Below are positions 28,066 through 42,000 of a stretch of DNA of 64,000 nucleotides, piece by piece. Both the position numbers and the translations under genes were made by a program. This DNA is from Nemertoderma westbladi (lineage: Eukaryota > Animalia > Xenacoelomorpha): assembly GCA_032718475.1 (NCBI GenBank), contig JAUCBJ010008503.1, forward strand, positions 362 through 64,361, given 5' to 3'. The stretch's first letter is position 1. Each line of letters begins with the position of its first letter. Under the pieces are notes generated by a model. It saw only the letters and a program-made list of their open reading frames with translations. It was not told the DNA's origin and made no database searches.

Positions 28066-29688
28066 ATGAATAATCCTAGGAAATTCAGTGAAAAGATTGC
28101 ATTGCATACACAGAAACAAGCAGAGGAGACAGCAGCATTCGATGCTATCATGAAGGAGGTTTCCAATATTCCATTTGTACACTTATCAACAAATACCTTC
28201 AATGCTGTTTCAATGCCTAATGTTATTGAGACCTCTCGCCAATCTCGGCTCTCCCTACATCAGGCAAACATCGACCTACAGGGTGCCCTGGCAAACCTCA
28301 GTTGTATGACAGGAGCCTCTTCCGTAGTCCCTCCACTAGGTCACTCATCTCGGAGTGGAAGCACCCACTCACTGCACGGAGGTACACCCAAGTGCAATCT
28401 GCCCAGCCCTGTGTTTCAACGAGAGCGATTAGGCTCTACTAGTAATGCACCGAGCGCCCGCTCTGCTCGATATTATGCTAAACGAGATTCTTCTCCATAT
28501 TCGAAACCTTACCTCAGCCCACCGCCGGAGGGCTGGCGACGCACTGCATCCGATTCGGCGCTACACTGGAGTGCTCGACACAGTCGAGATGGCAGTGCGG
28601 CTGGCTCCCATCACCCTTCCCCTATCGGTAGCCACTACATCCAAAGAGGCAGCATTGTGGATCATTCTGGTGCAGAACTACATAACCATTTGTTGCGTAT
28701 AATGCAACAGGGGCAGGCCCAAAGTTTGCAACTCAAACCTGTTCAAGTTCCACAACCCAATGATGCATCTCAACCCATACCTGGCATACATCTTTTTCCA
28801 TCAAATGCTGCTGCCAGTAGTGGTGGAAGTCTGCCAGACCTGCCCCAACTTTTAGACTTCGCACTCTCATCAGTATCACCTGTGTCCACATCGCCCATGC
28901 GAATTTCGCCTCACTCTGCTGCCAACCAGAGTCAACCTCTCCTTGAAAATCATTCCTTACAAGGTCACCAACGTATACCCTTGCGACAGACCATGTCAAA
29001 CCCTCAACCACACTCAATACAATCTTATGGGATGGCCAATATACCTCCTCAACGAGATTATAGAGTCCCGCAGGTTGAATCGTACCAGCAACAGGTCAAC
29101 CTTGATCCACAAACAAATCAGACTAATTTCCCACCAATTGCGGATCTTAATTTCTGCATATCAAATCCCCTACAGTTTGCACCGAATTTGCCTGTTACAC
29201 AAAATCCCAACAACCATATAGAATGTGAGCCACTACGGGAATTCCCGACCCCCTACCCTGCGGGTTGTTTCCTCACGAACGAACAAACCTCGACTTTACA
29301 GAAACAATTCGCAGATTTTTCAATGTTTCCTGGCATTGGCAATAGAGATTTAGCGACATCTATATTTCCAGACGGAGAAACCCCATGTAGTTTCGCTGAT
29401 AAATCTCAACATGTGCAAACATCTGGCGCATACCAATCCACTGCAATCACCAGTCCTAACAACAATCCCAAAAAGGATTGCGCTAACACCATACCTGATA
29501 TTGTACTCACCAGTACTCTTTCCCAGGATCTTGCTGAATCATTTGATATTGATGTGTTGCTCGCTTCCGATGAGGCCCTAACCGCAGATCTCGATCCTAT
29601 TGACCTGGACGGGCTAAGGATGCTCGCAGATGACAATCTATTAGCTGACTCATCTGTTGAAGATTCGTTTCGTTTGGATCTTTTGTAG
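28066..29688 (+). CDS. CRTC: CREB-regulated transcription coactivator (TORC), intronless CDS
   Basis: TORC_N NPRKFSEKIALHTQKQAEETAAF, phosphosite motifs RRTASDSALH and GGSLPDL, PxIxIT-like PDIVLT, TORC_C VEDSFRLD, all in one ORF. Confidence 0.97.
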   Translation: MNNPRKFSEKIALHTQKQAEETAAFDAIMKEVSNIPFVHLSTNTFNAVSMPNVIETSRQSRLSLHQANIDLQGALANLSCMTGASSVVPPLGHSSRSGSTHSLHGGTPKCNLPSPVFQRERLGSTSNAPSARSARYYAKRDSSPYSKPYLSPPPEGWRRTASDSALHWSARHSRDGSAAGSHHPSPIGSHYIQRGSIVDHSGAELHNHLLRIMQQGQAQSLQLKPVQVPQPNDASQPIPGIHLFPSNAAASSGGSLPDLPQLLDFALSSVSPVSTSPMRISPHSAANQSQPLLENHSLQGHQRIPLRQTMSNPQPHSIQSYGMANIPPQRDYRVPQVESYQQQVNLDPQTNQTNFPPIADLNFCISNPLQFAPNLPVTQNPNNHIECEPLREFPTPYPAGCFLTNEQTSTLQKQFADFSMFPGIGNRDLATSIFPDGETPCSFADKSQHVQTSGAYQSTAITSPNNNPKKDCANTIPDIVLTSTLSQDLAESFDIDVLLASDEALTADLDPIDLDGLRMLADDNLLADSSVEDSFRLDLL

Positions 29689-30539
29689 ATATAGTAGATA
29701 CACTATAGATATTGGAATTCAATGACGATACATTTTATTGAATAGAAGTTGAGATATATTATGACTGCGGAAATTAAAAATATATAAATGGAAAGAATTG
29801 TGATGAAAAAGGAATGAAAGCTTGTTGAGCTAAATATAAATTAATCTTTATTTTTAAATTTAATTAGTTAGCCTAATTTGTCAAGTAAGATGTATAAATT
29901 TATACGGTTTTACTTCTATCTTTACTAATTTTATATGGTACATCAAATTATATATTATATATATATAATTTATATTTATTAATTTAATATACCGGTACCA
30001 AAAGTATTCGGTCGTGGTAGCATATATATACAATCCCACCTCCTTACCAGCTAATGTCATCAGTTGAGTGTAAATGGGCTTATCAAAAAATTATACCTTC
30101 TAACTATTATTTATAATAACAAACAAATTAAAACAGTATAAACTGTGCTTTCTGTCCACGATCTTCATTTAGTTTATTTTAACAAAATCTGAATTTAGTT
30201 CGCTACTAATCTTTTCCATATTGTGCTTGTTTGTTATTATCCGACGTTATTGTTAAGTAAAACTAATTGTTTTTCTGATGATGCATTGGATTGGTATTAT
30301 GTATCCGTAGTTCTATAATTATTGTATCATTTCAAGCCTGCATTTCTGAAAAAGTATATTCATATTATTTTGATGGCATGAAATCTGGCCAACCTAGTTT
30401 ATCTGCTTAAATTCAAATGAATATTGAGACAGATCGGTGGATATATATATCATACTTTACTTATTTTTCTATTGTTCTAGATCCGCGTATATATATATAT
30501 ACTTACAATTGTGGATATATTATATACACTTATATTTTA

Positions 30540-30825
30540 TATTTCTTTAAATTATATATATATTTCCAATAAATATATAAACCACTCGGTCACTTAAAAA
30601 ATTCTTACTGTTAACAAACTTTCTGGTTTATCATTACCCTTATTCATGCAATTATGCAATTTAATTTATAGGCCTATAGTCCCATATACAATAGTTCATT
30701 TTTTTCACAAATATTCGATTTAAATTATACTGTAGATTCTTTCTTTTTTTCTGTAAATCCTATTTTTTATATAAGTGACTGAGTGGTTTATATATTTATT
30801 GAAAAAATATAATTTTAAGAAATAT
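30540..30825. repeat. Imperfect inverted repeat (decayed MITE?)
   Basis: CAATAAATATATAAACCACTCGGTCACTTA pairs with TAAGTGACTGAGTGGTTTATATATTTATTG. Confidence 0.65.
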
Positions 30826-32718
30826 TTATTGGTAAACCACCTGACACATGCATGGTTGGTGTTGAGAGAGATTAGAAAGTCTTTCTACACTTATATATAT
30901 ATATCTATTTTATTCATAACGGACCTATCAGCATAGATTATATCTATGTTTCATGTGCCATAAACCATGTGCAGTGTAGTTAATATTTATTGTGCAATTT
31001 TTAACGTATTAATTAATTATTGACAATGGTGTGATTTCTGTAGTGTGCTAAATAATTGTTTTGGTCTAAATACTGATTAGCACTTTTGTTAGATATTAAA
31101 TTTTAATAGGCCTTTCATGTTCGTTTTTTAATTTGAATTAGATACACACATAACACACAGTATTATGAATATCTTACTTAATATGCCAGTCTAAACGGTG
31201 TACCGGTATCACAGTGTAAGTGAATGCAACGAAGCGATGCAACTTTACTGGCAATTTTAACACATACTGGTATGGTTATTGATGCGTTGGTTTTACATTT
31301 TGTATTTATTTATATACCGACCCCTTAGAACCATATTATCCAGCCATGTACAATCATTCCGAGAATAAACGCGTTCTAAGTTTTTGAAGTAACGCGATAA
31401 CATCGACACATCTTTATAATGATATATATAGTGTTTTTTTTTTAATGGAAATGCCCAACAGCTCAACTAAATGGCGTGATATCAAAATATGTATTGCCAA
31501 TTTTTAAAAACCAATGAATTTTTTGGACATGCGTCATTCTTACATAGGTTAGGTAATTTAAATCCCAAACATCACTGTAAGATAAGCAAAAATGAGCCAT
31601 ATCCAAAAATTTTGCGTTTAAAAAAATTATAATTGTTATTAGGCATAGTAATAGTAGGAAATTAGGCCTTCTTTGTCTTTGTTAGGTTTATGCTGTTGCG
31701 GTACCGTTGAGCCACGTCCGCCCATCGCTCATTATTTTAAAACCCACCCTCTGAAATATGTGCCAGATCTGCTAGTTTGAATGCAGAAATGGACTTTAGC
31801 CTTTTATCATGGAAACCACTTCTGTTCAGCATTCACACAGTACCATTAACTCAATTTGGACAAAATGTGGACATGGCTGGTTGGTGGTTATGGTTCTAAA
31901 GAGTCGATACTATAATCCTATATAATTCAACATTATTTAACGTCGATAGCATTGAGAGCATGTTGTAATATACAACATTACAAATGCAGCTTGAGCTATA
32001 ATAGTTAACTACATATTCAACTACTATTTCAACTGATTTTGATGTTGAACTTTACCTTTGTACAAACATTCAATGTCACTAAACTGTATTAAATATTAAT
32101 TTAGGCCTAGCCTATCTATATTATAATATCTATACCGAACCGGTATCACGGGCGGTCACTTATGAAAATAGATTGAATTTACTTTATTCAGGTAAAAACC
32201 TCTTTATTGCATTGGAAACAATTCTGTCCAGTCGTTTTTTCCATAAGAACCACTGACTGATGTACAATGGGTGGGATCGATGGGGGATAAAGTGCTAACT
32301 TATTTTCCATGCACTTTATATGAATCTTATAAAACCTAAACTTGTCACTATAATAATAATAAGTACCTTATTTAATTTGTAAGAGGAACTCAAAAATTAC
32401 ATGACATCTATAATTAGCCAAACTACAATACAGCCGCCAAAACAACTTAAATATAATATTGTAATAGTAAACTATAACGGATGTAGCAGATATTCGGCCT
32501 GATACATAAGATTTAATCCGAAGAAAACATGCGTTAGAAATTAGCTATACAGTATACACACACACATTACACAGCTACGATACGATATCTAAAAAAAAAC
32601 TAAAATATACAAACCGCATCGCACGGCAGATATAAAGTATGGGATTATCTCAGAAAATAAACGTTTTTCCTATAGATGGGACCGATAAATTAAAAAAAAA
32701 AAAGTTTAAACTGTTTTG

Positions 32719-32876
32719 TAACTATTTACATCATTGTGTGCAAAGTAGCACTTTGCAGCGTTAAAGACCCTTGTTTATTTATGTAAACCTCCCTCGCTTC
32801 GCTCGCTCGGTACATAAATAAAATCGGGTCATAACGCTGCAAAGTGGTACTTTGCACACAATGATGTAAATAGTTA
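32719..32876. repeat. ~160-bp palindromic MITE with a central CGCTTCGC
   Basis: Arm TAACTATTTACATCATTGTGTGCAAAGT…GACCC and its inverse. Confidence 0.8.
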
Positions 32877-33000
32877 TTAATCGACTAATAAAAAATAGCA
32901 AACTTTTAGGAATAGTTCTCCATTGGACCGACTACACGACTAAAACAAAAAATAGAATCCTGTCGGAGGGCTGTAGTGGAGCGCATCGGAGGTCCGCGAA

Positions 33001-33347
33001 GGAAGCGGACTGTAGTGTAGCGGAACGTGGGAAGCGGACTGTAGTGTAGCGGAACGTGGGAAGCGGACTGTAGTGTAGCGGAACGTGGGAAGCGGACTGT
33101 AGTGTAGCGGAACGTGGGAAGCGGACTGTAGTGTAGCGGAACGTGGGAAGCGGACTGTAGTGTAGCGGAACGTGGGAAGCGGACTGTAGTGTAGCGGAAC
33201 GTGGGAAGCGGACTGTAGTGTAGCGGAACGTGGGAAGCGGACTGTAGTGTAGCGGAACGTGGGAAGCGGACTGTAGTGTAGCGGAACGTGGGAAGCGGAC
33301 TGTAGTGTAGCGGAACGTGGGAAGCGGACTGTAGTGTAGCGGAACGT
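33001..33347. repeat. 29-bp tandem array, ~12 perfect copies
   Basis: Unit GGGAAGCGGACTGTAGTGTAGCGGAACGT. Confidence 0.97.
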
Positions 33348-34791
33348 AAGGGCATGATTCCCCACACCTCCCGACTTTTTATGTGGGATTGTTTTAATCA
33401 TACACGGATTAGTTCTCGATATTCTGCTCTGCACATCCATAACAGTGATGCAATTACAAAAGCAAATTAAAATACTGCTGAATTAAACTATTTATAGTTT
33501 CTATACAGAATAAGTACGGATATCCATTATCGCAGAAATTTGGAATACGATAAACTGTTTCAAAATTGCCGCTTCAAGAAAAAGAGAGATGTAGAAAGCT
33601 AGCAAACATTCTATACTAATTGAACATATTGCGATTCGCTTTTAACATAAATAAAATATAAAACAAACGGTAACCAACATAACATGTAATCTTGTACTTG
33701 TACAAATAATTGAATTAAAATGAAATACGAAAGGAAATAATATATTAACAAACATAACATTAAAAATTTATTTTCTGTTATTAAAAACTTGGCGGCACAT
33801 TTTATAAGTAGACAAAATAATTCGATGAGAGACTTTGAATAACAAAAGTTAGAAAAACAGTTCGAGGAATAAATCTCAATAAAGTACACAGACGCTGTGG
33901 AAACGTTTAGTTTCTAATTAAACATTTCGTATTATAGGGTTTGGCACAAATATATTAATTTCGGTGATTTTCAGCTTAGGACCGCGAATTTTTACTGCGT
34001 TTGTGGCCGCATTTTTTAGAACAATGAAACCACAATGACACCTTTTTCCGCTTATTTTTGTTGACATTATGAGCTGCGTTTTCTTATTGTTTTTTTTTAC
34101 TAGAATGTTTACCACCTCAAAACAAAAAGGGCATAAAACGGAAATGGAACTTTTCATCCATTTCCCTTTCTCATATAAGAAATATAAGTCGATTATTATT
34201 ATCAATAAAAGTTAAAATTTCCTGATACAAATTATAGGCATATAAGGACTACCATTAAACTATATTATACTGAAAGCGTAAAGAGCCCAACTAGTTTATA
34301 TCTAATGCACCTTCATTGATGAATGCTTTCAATGATTAAATAAAAAAATAACAAGATATTGGAGCCTTTATATTCCAGTTTAGGTTTAGAACAACATAAT
34401 ATAATAATTCATAGAATTTAATTTATTTTGTTTAATTCAAATGAAGATAGTAAAGTAAGCCAACAAAATAACGAACAATCAGCCGACCGGGCCGAACTAT
34501 AAATGCCAATATTGTGATATGAGAAAGTGAGTTCGCTGTGTAACATAAACTGAACATGGGTTATCGTGAAAATCAAGCTAATTAAACCAAGCCACAAAAT
34601 ATATTATTACCAAAAATATATTGGAAAATATAAGTGCAAACCGAAAGAAAAGGTAACAACTAACAAACCTTCTCCTTTTTAACCTGTGAGAAAAAATATA
34701 TAAAAATAACAGCAGAGACATCCTAATAAAATACATCGCACTGTAAATAAAAAAATATTATATTCAATGGAGAAAACTAATGATGTAAAGT

Positions 34792-35899
34792 GAACTGAGT
34801 GCGAACACCCGGTACAACCAGATACCGAACTGAGTGCGAACACTCGGTACAACCAGATACCGAACTGAGTGCGAACACCCGTTACAACCAGATACCGAAC
34901 TGAGTGCGAACACCCGGTACAACCAGATACCGAACTGAGTGCGAACACCCGGTACAACCAGATACCGAACTGAGTGCGAACACCCGGTACAACCAGATAC
35001 CGAACTGAGTGCGAACACCCGTTACAACCAGATACCGAACTGAGTGCGAACACCCGTTACAACCAGATACCGAACTGAGTGCGAACACCCGGTACAACCA
35101 GATACCGAACTGAGTGCGAACACCAGGTACAACCAGATACCGAACTGAGTGCGAACACCCGGTACAACCAGATACCGAACTGAGTGCGAACACCCGGTAC
35201 AACCAGATACCGAACTGAGTGCGAACACCCGGTACAACCAGATACCGAACTGAGTGCGAACACCCGTTACAACCAGATACCGAACTGAGTGCGAACACCC
35301 GGTACAACCAGATACCGAACTGAGTGCGAACACCCGGTACAACCAGATACCGAACTGAGTGCGAACACCCGGTAGAACCAGATACCGAACTGAGTGCGAA
35401 CACCCGGTACAACCAGATACCGAACTGAGTGCGAACACCCGGTACAACCAGATACCGAACTGAGTGCGAACACTCGGTACAACCAGATACCGAACTGAGT
35501 GCGAACACTCGGTACAACCAGATACCGAACTGAGTGCGAACACCCGTTACAACCAGATACCGAACTGAGTGCGAACACCCGGTACAACCAGATACCGAAC
35601 TGAGTGCGAACACCCGGTACAACCAGATACCGAACTGAGTGCGAACACCCGTTACAACCAGATACCGAACTGAGTGCGAACACCCGGTACAACCAGATAC
35701 CGAACTGAGTGCGAACACCCGGTACAACCAGATACCGAACTGAGTGCGAACACCCGGTACAACCAGATACCGAACTGAGTGCGAACACCCGGTACAACCA
35801 GATACCGAACTGAGTGCGAACACCCGGTACAACCAGATACCGAACTGAGTGCGAACACCCGGTACAACCAGATACCGAACTGAGTGCGAACACCCGGTA
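34792..35899. repeat. 35-bp tandem array, ~31 copies, just 3' of NIPBL
   Basis: Unit GAACTGAGTGCGAACACCCGGTACAACCAGATACC with few variants. Confidence 0.97.
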
Positions 35900-36085
35900 A
35901 CGTACAACACATACAATATGCCGATATGAGAGGCCATTATGCACCGATCCTGAAATAACCACCAGTAAAACGCCAAAATTCATGCTGTCGGCTACCGTGA
36001 AGCCGACCAGAGGTTAGAATATCGCCCTGGTCAACCAGGTTAGTGTAACCGGAAGTTCTGTCATTAATAACGACGAACAGACCGG

Positions 36086-39000
36086 TCAGCAACGGAAGTC
36101 TGGATCGGATTCCCCGCCATCCCCCGATGTCCCTTCGCTACTCAAGAAGGAATACCTCTTCCTTTTCTTCTTACGCTGTTTTTTCTTTGGCTTTTTATCT
36201 TTACCGCGTTTACTTTTCTTCTTCTTTGCGGTCGCCTCATCCGGTTCCGGTTCCGGTGCCGGAACGACGTCATCTATGATGTCATCTCCAATGGAAACTT
36301 GGTCCGTCGCTCCCGATGACGCGTCTGTCACGCCGCTCATTGTGGACAACGACGGACTGGTCGTGTCGCTACGCAACCCGGTCAACGCGGTGGCCGCGAG
36401 ATGGATCCGCATCTTGGGGAGCCGAGGTGGCGGCCGATCGGTCCCGTCAGCCCCGGGAGGCGGGAAGTCGGAAACTTCCTCCTCCACCGGGTCCAAACAC
36501 AACATGGTGTCCTTGTACCAGAGGTACTGGTCCGCAATCTCTCGCTTAACGTCCGGGGTGAGCGGCGACCCGTTGAGCCGTTCGAGGTAGGCCAACACCG
36601 GCGCGGGTCGGAACTCCATCGAAGAGGCGCGACAACTCGCCGGTTTATCGTTCGACTTGGAGGCGTCCGTCGGCGAGTACTGCTGGCACCGCTGCTCACT
36701 CAGAGCGTACGCCTCCTTCAGGAAGGTCTTCAGATAGACCTGCAAGGAGGAGCACAGCATAGACTCATACCAATCCCAGAGAGCCGGAGTCGGGTTGTCC
36801 GGGATACGTTCTAGAACCTCATCCAGGGTCTCCTCCTGCGCGACGCTCTTCCGCGGCAGGTCCTCGATGAGAACCGAGTAGGATTTGCCCTCCTCCAGAC
36901 CCGAGGGTTTCGGAACTATGGCGCGTTGGAAGTTACTCAATATGTCGGTGCCAGTAACGGAGAGACAGACATCGCAGTGGTGAACGAGGAAGAGTATCTC
37001 GTCCTGGGTTTGGTACGGGAAGTAGGCGAGATTGTCGCAGAGGTAGAGAACGAGAGGCAAATCGTTGCAATCGAGGAGAGTGAGGAGTTGAACGACGAGA
37101 GCTCGACGATGTTGTCGACTCGAACGGATTACCGTGTAGAGATGGTGGCAATGCGCCCGTCTACAGGCCTCGTCCCGGAATCCCCGAACGATTAGGCGGT
37201 TCTTGGAGGGCGGGTTGAGCGCGCACTGCAGTCGGTAGGAGTCCCGGACGCCTTGGGTCGCCTTCATCTGTATGACGCCGGGGTACTTCCGCTCGATGGT
37301 TAGCAACTCGGCTGAAGCTACATCGCGAATCGTCGCGTCCACATCGGACTCCATGGCAACCAGGTAAGGAACGCACCGGACTGGGTGGATGAGTCCCTGC
37401 TGAAGCGTCAACGAGATCACATTGAGCGCAAGCGCTCGCAGATCCGTCACCAAACTGAAACAAGTATCGAATATTAGTTTAAGGTAAATCTGTATTACGG
37501 AACTCGCCATCCCAGACTGGACGTCCTGCATCTCCTTTAGGTCCTCATCCTTGGCGCGTTTCGACCACATCAAGTCGATTTTATTGGATCGGATCTCCTC
37601 GTACTGTAAGTAACCCTGGATATTCCCCAAAACGGCGGCCTTCATTCGCGGGGACCCATTTTCCATGATGTCCGTATAGAGTTCGCGCATCCGGTGCCCC
37701 AGTAGGAGATGGGGGTTGGACAGACAGAGGAAGCCCAGACCATTAATGGCCTTTAAACGCGCCTCCACGAATTTATGCTCACTGAAACTAAACAATAAAT
37801 CGTAAGTTTTCTCGCTCAAAGGAGTTTTGTTATCGTGATTATCGTCAGAATCGGTTAAATCTTTATCTAATTCGAAATGTTTGGCGAATAAACCGGTAAC
37901 GAATAGCGACCGGAGCATAAAACTGTAGCGCTGCGGATCCATCGAGGTCAATGAGTTGCGGTCCATAACTCCGCGGATCTGTTCGAGACAATCGAAGAAC
38001 CGCTTGAAGCAATCGTAGGCGAACTTAACGTTGTGGCTAACCCCGTTAATGACGGCGGCCAAACAGCTGATGGAACTCTGAACCTGTCGCGGATTCTGGT
38101 TCATCATGATCTTCAGCATGGCCTCCTCGATAGTGGCCAAGAAGGTGGGGGACGGGTTGGATAGGAGAGGCATAAGTATCTCAAGGATGTTGCAAACGTA
38201 GTCGATTATAAGAAGGTCGTGTTTATTGGAGCACTTTGTGGACAGATAGGGGTGGAGTGTCTCCGCGTGGATAACCACCAATTCTGGTCGAACTTTACAG
38301 AAAAGGTAGAGGGTTGCCATGCAGGCCACCACCCGCTTGTTACCTGCAGCTTCATCGTCAGCCTCTTTATCGGCTTCTCGCTCCTCGATGTTGAGAACGT
38401 GTTCGACTAAACAGTCAACGATCTGTTGACAAGCGCGACGAATCTGTTTGAGGTTGGCGGATGTTTCGGCGCTCGCTTTGTTCCCGTCCTCCGCGGTGAA
38501 CAGGTTTGCGAGCAAGGCTTCGAACCACTCGAGGCCGCCACCCCTACTGTCGATACACGCCCCGACGACGTCGTTGATACACTGAACCCTCTTAATGAGG
38601 AGATCCTCGTCCCTCGCCTTTATCGGCGTGAACCACATTGATGTAAACACCTCGTTAACCAGTTTCTTTATACTTTCCTCGTCGTTGACACGACGAATTA
38701 TTTTGATGCAGATTTCGGTTGTTTTCGGGTATCCGGGGTGGGAAACACAGATGTCCCTGAGGATGCGAATAACCCGCTTCCTAACGGTGACCCCGGTGTC
38801 TAGGATACGGGTGACGATCATGTCGTAGTACTGGTCCACCAACTGGGGTTTCAGCAGGATGAACTTACCGAGGAGCTCCATGGCGGCCTCCCTGACGTTG
38901 GTGGAGGAGTCCTGGAGCCTACCGTGGACTCCCAGCTGCATGTCCTTCCTCGCTAGAATCCCTGGGTCCGATTCAACCACCAAGGCCAGACACTTCATCG

Positions 39001-42000
39001 CCTTGGTTCGAACGGCCACTGCGTTCTCAGTTAGAGTTCGTAGGATCTGAGTTAAATAGACGTTGAAGGATCGATTAAACGAACGTTTAGACGCCAAGTA
39101 AATAGAGAAAACGTGAGATTGTTTATCTGTTAAAAACACGGTGTTCTTTTTAGTTTCACTTTCGCAATCGCTAACTAAACTTCTCAGAAATTCCCGACAT
39201 TTCTCTACAACTTGTACTTTAGCATTAACATCATCCATGTCGACTACAGGGTCGACCTCCTGCTTCTTGTTAGGTGATCCCTGGGCTTTCTCCACTTCCA
39301 ACGAACAATCCTTAAACCACTGAGCAAAATAAAAGTTCCTCGCGAATTCAAACGAACAATCCACCGACTTATTAGCCGTTAGATATCTACAGAGTTCGTG
39401 TTGCGATCGCTGCGTTATATCGACATCGTCGTCGACTTTGGCCTCGTCAATCTCCTCGAGGATGGACTTGATCTCGTCGATGCTGTGTTCCCCGCTGACG
39501 CCGTCCTTCCGCAGCTTAGCAGCGACGATCCCGAGGTAATCGAGCGAGGCAGTTCGCAACGACATGTCGGTGGAGCGGTTCGAGAAATGCTTCATAAGGA
39601 GGAAGCCAAGGAGGCTGAGGATGAGCTCGGCGGCGGGCCATTCGGGTTGGTTGACGACGACTAGGAGGTCGTGGACGAAGTTCTCGAAGATCGGACGGAA
39701 ATCCTCTTCGCCGCACTTACTGCTGCACTTTGAGAGAAAAACGCTGAGGAAACTCTGTGCGACTCGGGAGGAGTTGTCGTAGGCTTGTTGGAGGATCACG
39801 TCGCAGTCCTGCATCTGGTCCTTCTTCTTGTTCTCCGCATTGATCCCGGCTTGTTTTTTACTCGACTTGTTGAGAAGGGCGGCAAGCGACATGGATTCCT
39901 CCTCGCGGCCTTCGTCCCTCGGCAGGACAACGCAACCCTGGACCAGCTGCAGCACCAAGGCCGTCACCATCTGCACCGATTCCGTGTCCGACACCGCGAA
40001 CACCCGGAGGTTCTTCTTGGTGGTGGGGAGCCGGGAGAGCGAGGCGAGAATGTCGTCGAGGATGAGCTGCCGATGGGCGGGGTAGATGGAGAAGATAACG
40101 GTGGTGAGTTTGAGCGCATTGAGTTGGAGTTCGGAGACGTTCTCGACGAAGAAGGTGCTGATAGCGAGAGAGGAAAGTGGGAGGATGAGAGTGTCAGTTA
40201 ACTCCTGGCATTGGACCAACACGCTGAAACAGTTGACGATCTCGCACAACTTGTTGTACATGATGAGGAACCGCGTGTCCGTTTTGGGACCTTTTGCGCG
40301 TAAAACCTTTGCCGAAGGTTTATTCTTTGAGTCACCGGTTTTGTAGGCTGGATCGAACCGTGGGTAAATGGTGTTGGTGAGGTGGAACTTAGTGAACGCG
40401 ATGGAATCCTCAATGGCGTCTTCCAGATAGACCTTTTTCGGCATCTCATTGGAGGTGAGAATGTTGAGAGTGATGAGGGTGGACTCGAGAGATCTGTTGA
40501 TTTTGTCCAGCATCAGTTGCCGCCAGATCCTGTCCTCTCCTGCCGTGGACGACGGCTCCTGATCCAGTCGGGATCGACACGCATCGCGAATGTTCTTATC
40601 GAGAAGCTGCAGCAACTTAACTAGTTTCTTATGGGAAACCTGTTTCATACCTCCGATGCTTTTGAATTCGGCGGTTAAGGTGGATAACTCTTTGACGGCG
40701 GGCAACGGAATGACAAACTCGGGCGGGCATTCCCATTCGTCGTCGACAGATGTGACGTCGGCCACTATGTCGAGCTCCTCCACGGCCTCCAATACATTAT
40801 CGATGGCAGAAATAAACCGAGAATAAACCCGGGACTCCAGCATCTCCTCGCGGGTTAGAAATCGACCGGCTTTAACCTTTGCGAAATCCTTCCGAGAGAC
40901 CAGCCTCTTATGCGGAGCCACCCCATCGTCGTCGGGTTCGGACTCCCCACTGCTGTCGAGTCGTCGTCTCTTAGTGACCCGCTGGTAGTCCTCGCCGGAA
41001 TCCGGACTGGGAACGTCGGCGCCCTGGTTGAACTCGTGTTTAAACTTATACTGGGCGACGGAGGCGGCCTTCCTCTTCCGAGTAGAGAAGTCGGCCTCCC
41101 CGGGGTCCGGTTGCCAGTAGTCCTTGAGTTTGTCCAACTCGCGGGACTTCTTCCCGGGCTCGCGGACGTCCGGAGTCTCGCTCGCCTGTTGGAAGAGATG
41201 TTCCGAGACCGTGCGCTCCAGCACGACCACCGGATGCAGCATCCGACACTCCGAGCCCGAGGTACCGTTGCTACTAATCGGTTTACTCCCGGCACGGCTC
41301 GGATCCATAACATCGGTGAGATGGACCGCGGGATAGTGATTCCCCATCATCTCGTGCTGCTTCTTTAGGATCTGTTTCTTCTGCGGCATTTGGAAGGTTG
41401 CTGATTGGTTGATGATATTCAAGGAGGAGCCGCATCCTGGAGGCTCATCCTTAACGGGGTTGCCAGTTAAGGCATTTGATTCCTGGGAGACAACACCGCA
41501 GGAGTTAAGTAGGTTGTATTTGGTAACTTGTGGCCACGGACGGGCTGGACGGATGGGTGACGAAGACGACATGAATTGAGGAAGGGCGTGGGAACCCGGA
41601 CTCTGTTCGGGAGAGAAAGGGGCATCAATGTTAGATAGCGGAATATCGGATGGCTGTTGTTTCGATTCCATTTCCGCAGTATCGCAAGACTCAATCCCGG
41701 CTTCATCTACTTCTGTAGCAACTAACGTAGTCTCAGGTAACTTCGTAGTTATGGGGGAATTGCGGTGCAAACGTTGTTTCTTAAAAACATGTGGATCTTT
41801 CTGTAGCACAGCTTGTAGCAACGGAGGTAATTCATTATGATTGATTACGTCGGAATTAATATTAGGGTTCTTAAAGTCCAGATAATCCGTTGATACAGAA
41901 CCTAATGCATTTACCAATTTCGAAACAAGAGCTTCATCTTGACAGTGAAGGAGTTGTCGAGCTCGAGCAACTAGTTCGGGTTTGTCTAATAAATTAGCAG

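Noticed and set aside
34792-35899. CRISPR-like array of 35-bp repeats
   Set aside because: There are no unique spacers, the units are head-to-tail, the context is eukaryotic and no cas genes are present.
2548-35983. Long repetitive ORFs (2548-3255, 17781-18445, 25136-25762, 32906-33440, 34882-35983)
   Set aside because: They are translations of tandem repeats open in several frames, with no protein features.
36276-41840. Many antisense or alternative-frame ORFs over NIPBL
   Set aside because: Expected shadows of a GC-rich CDS.
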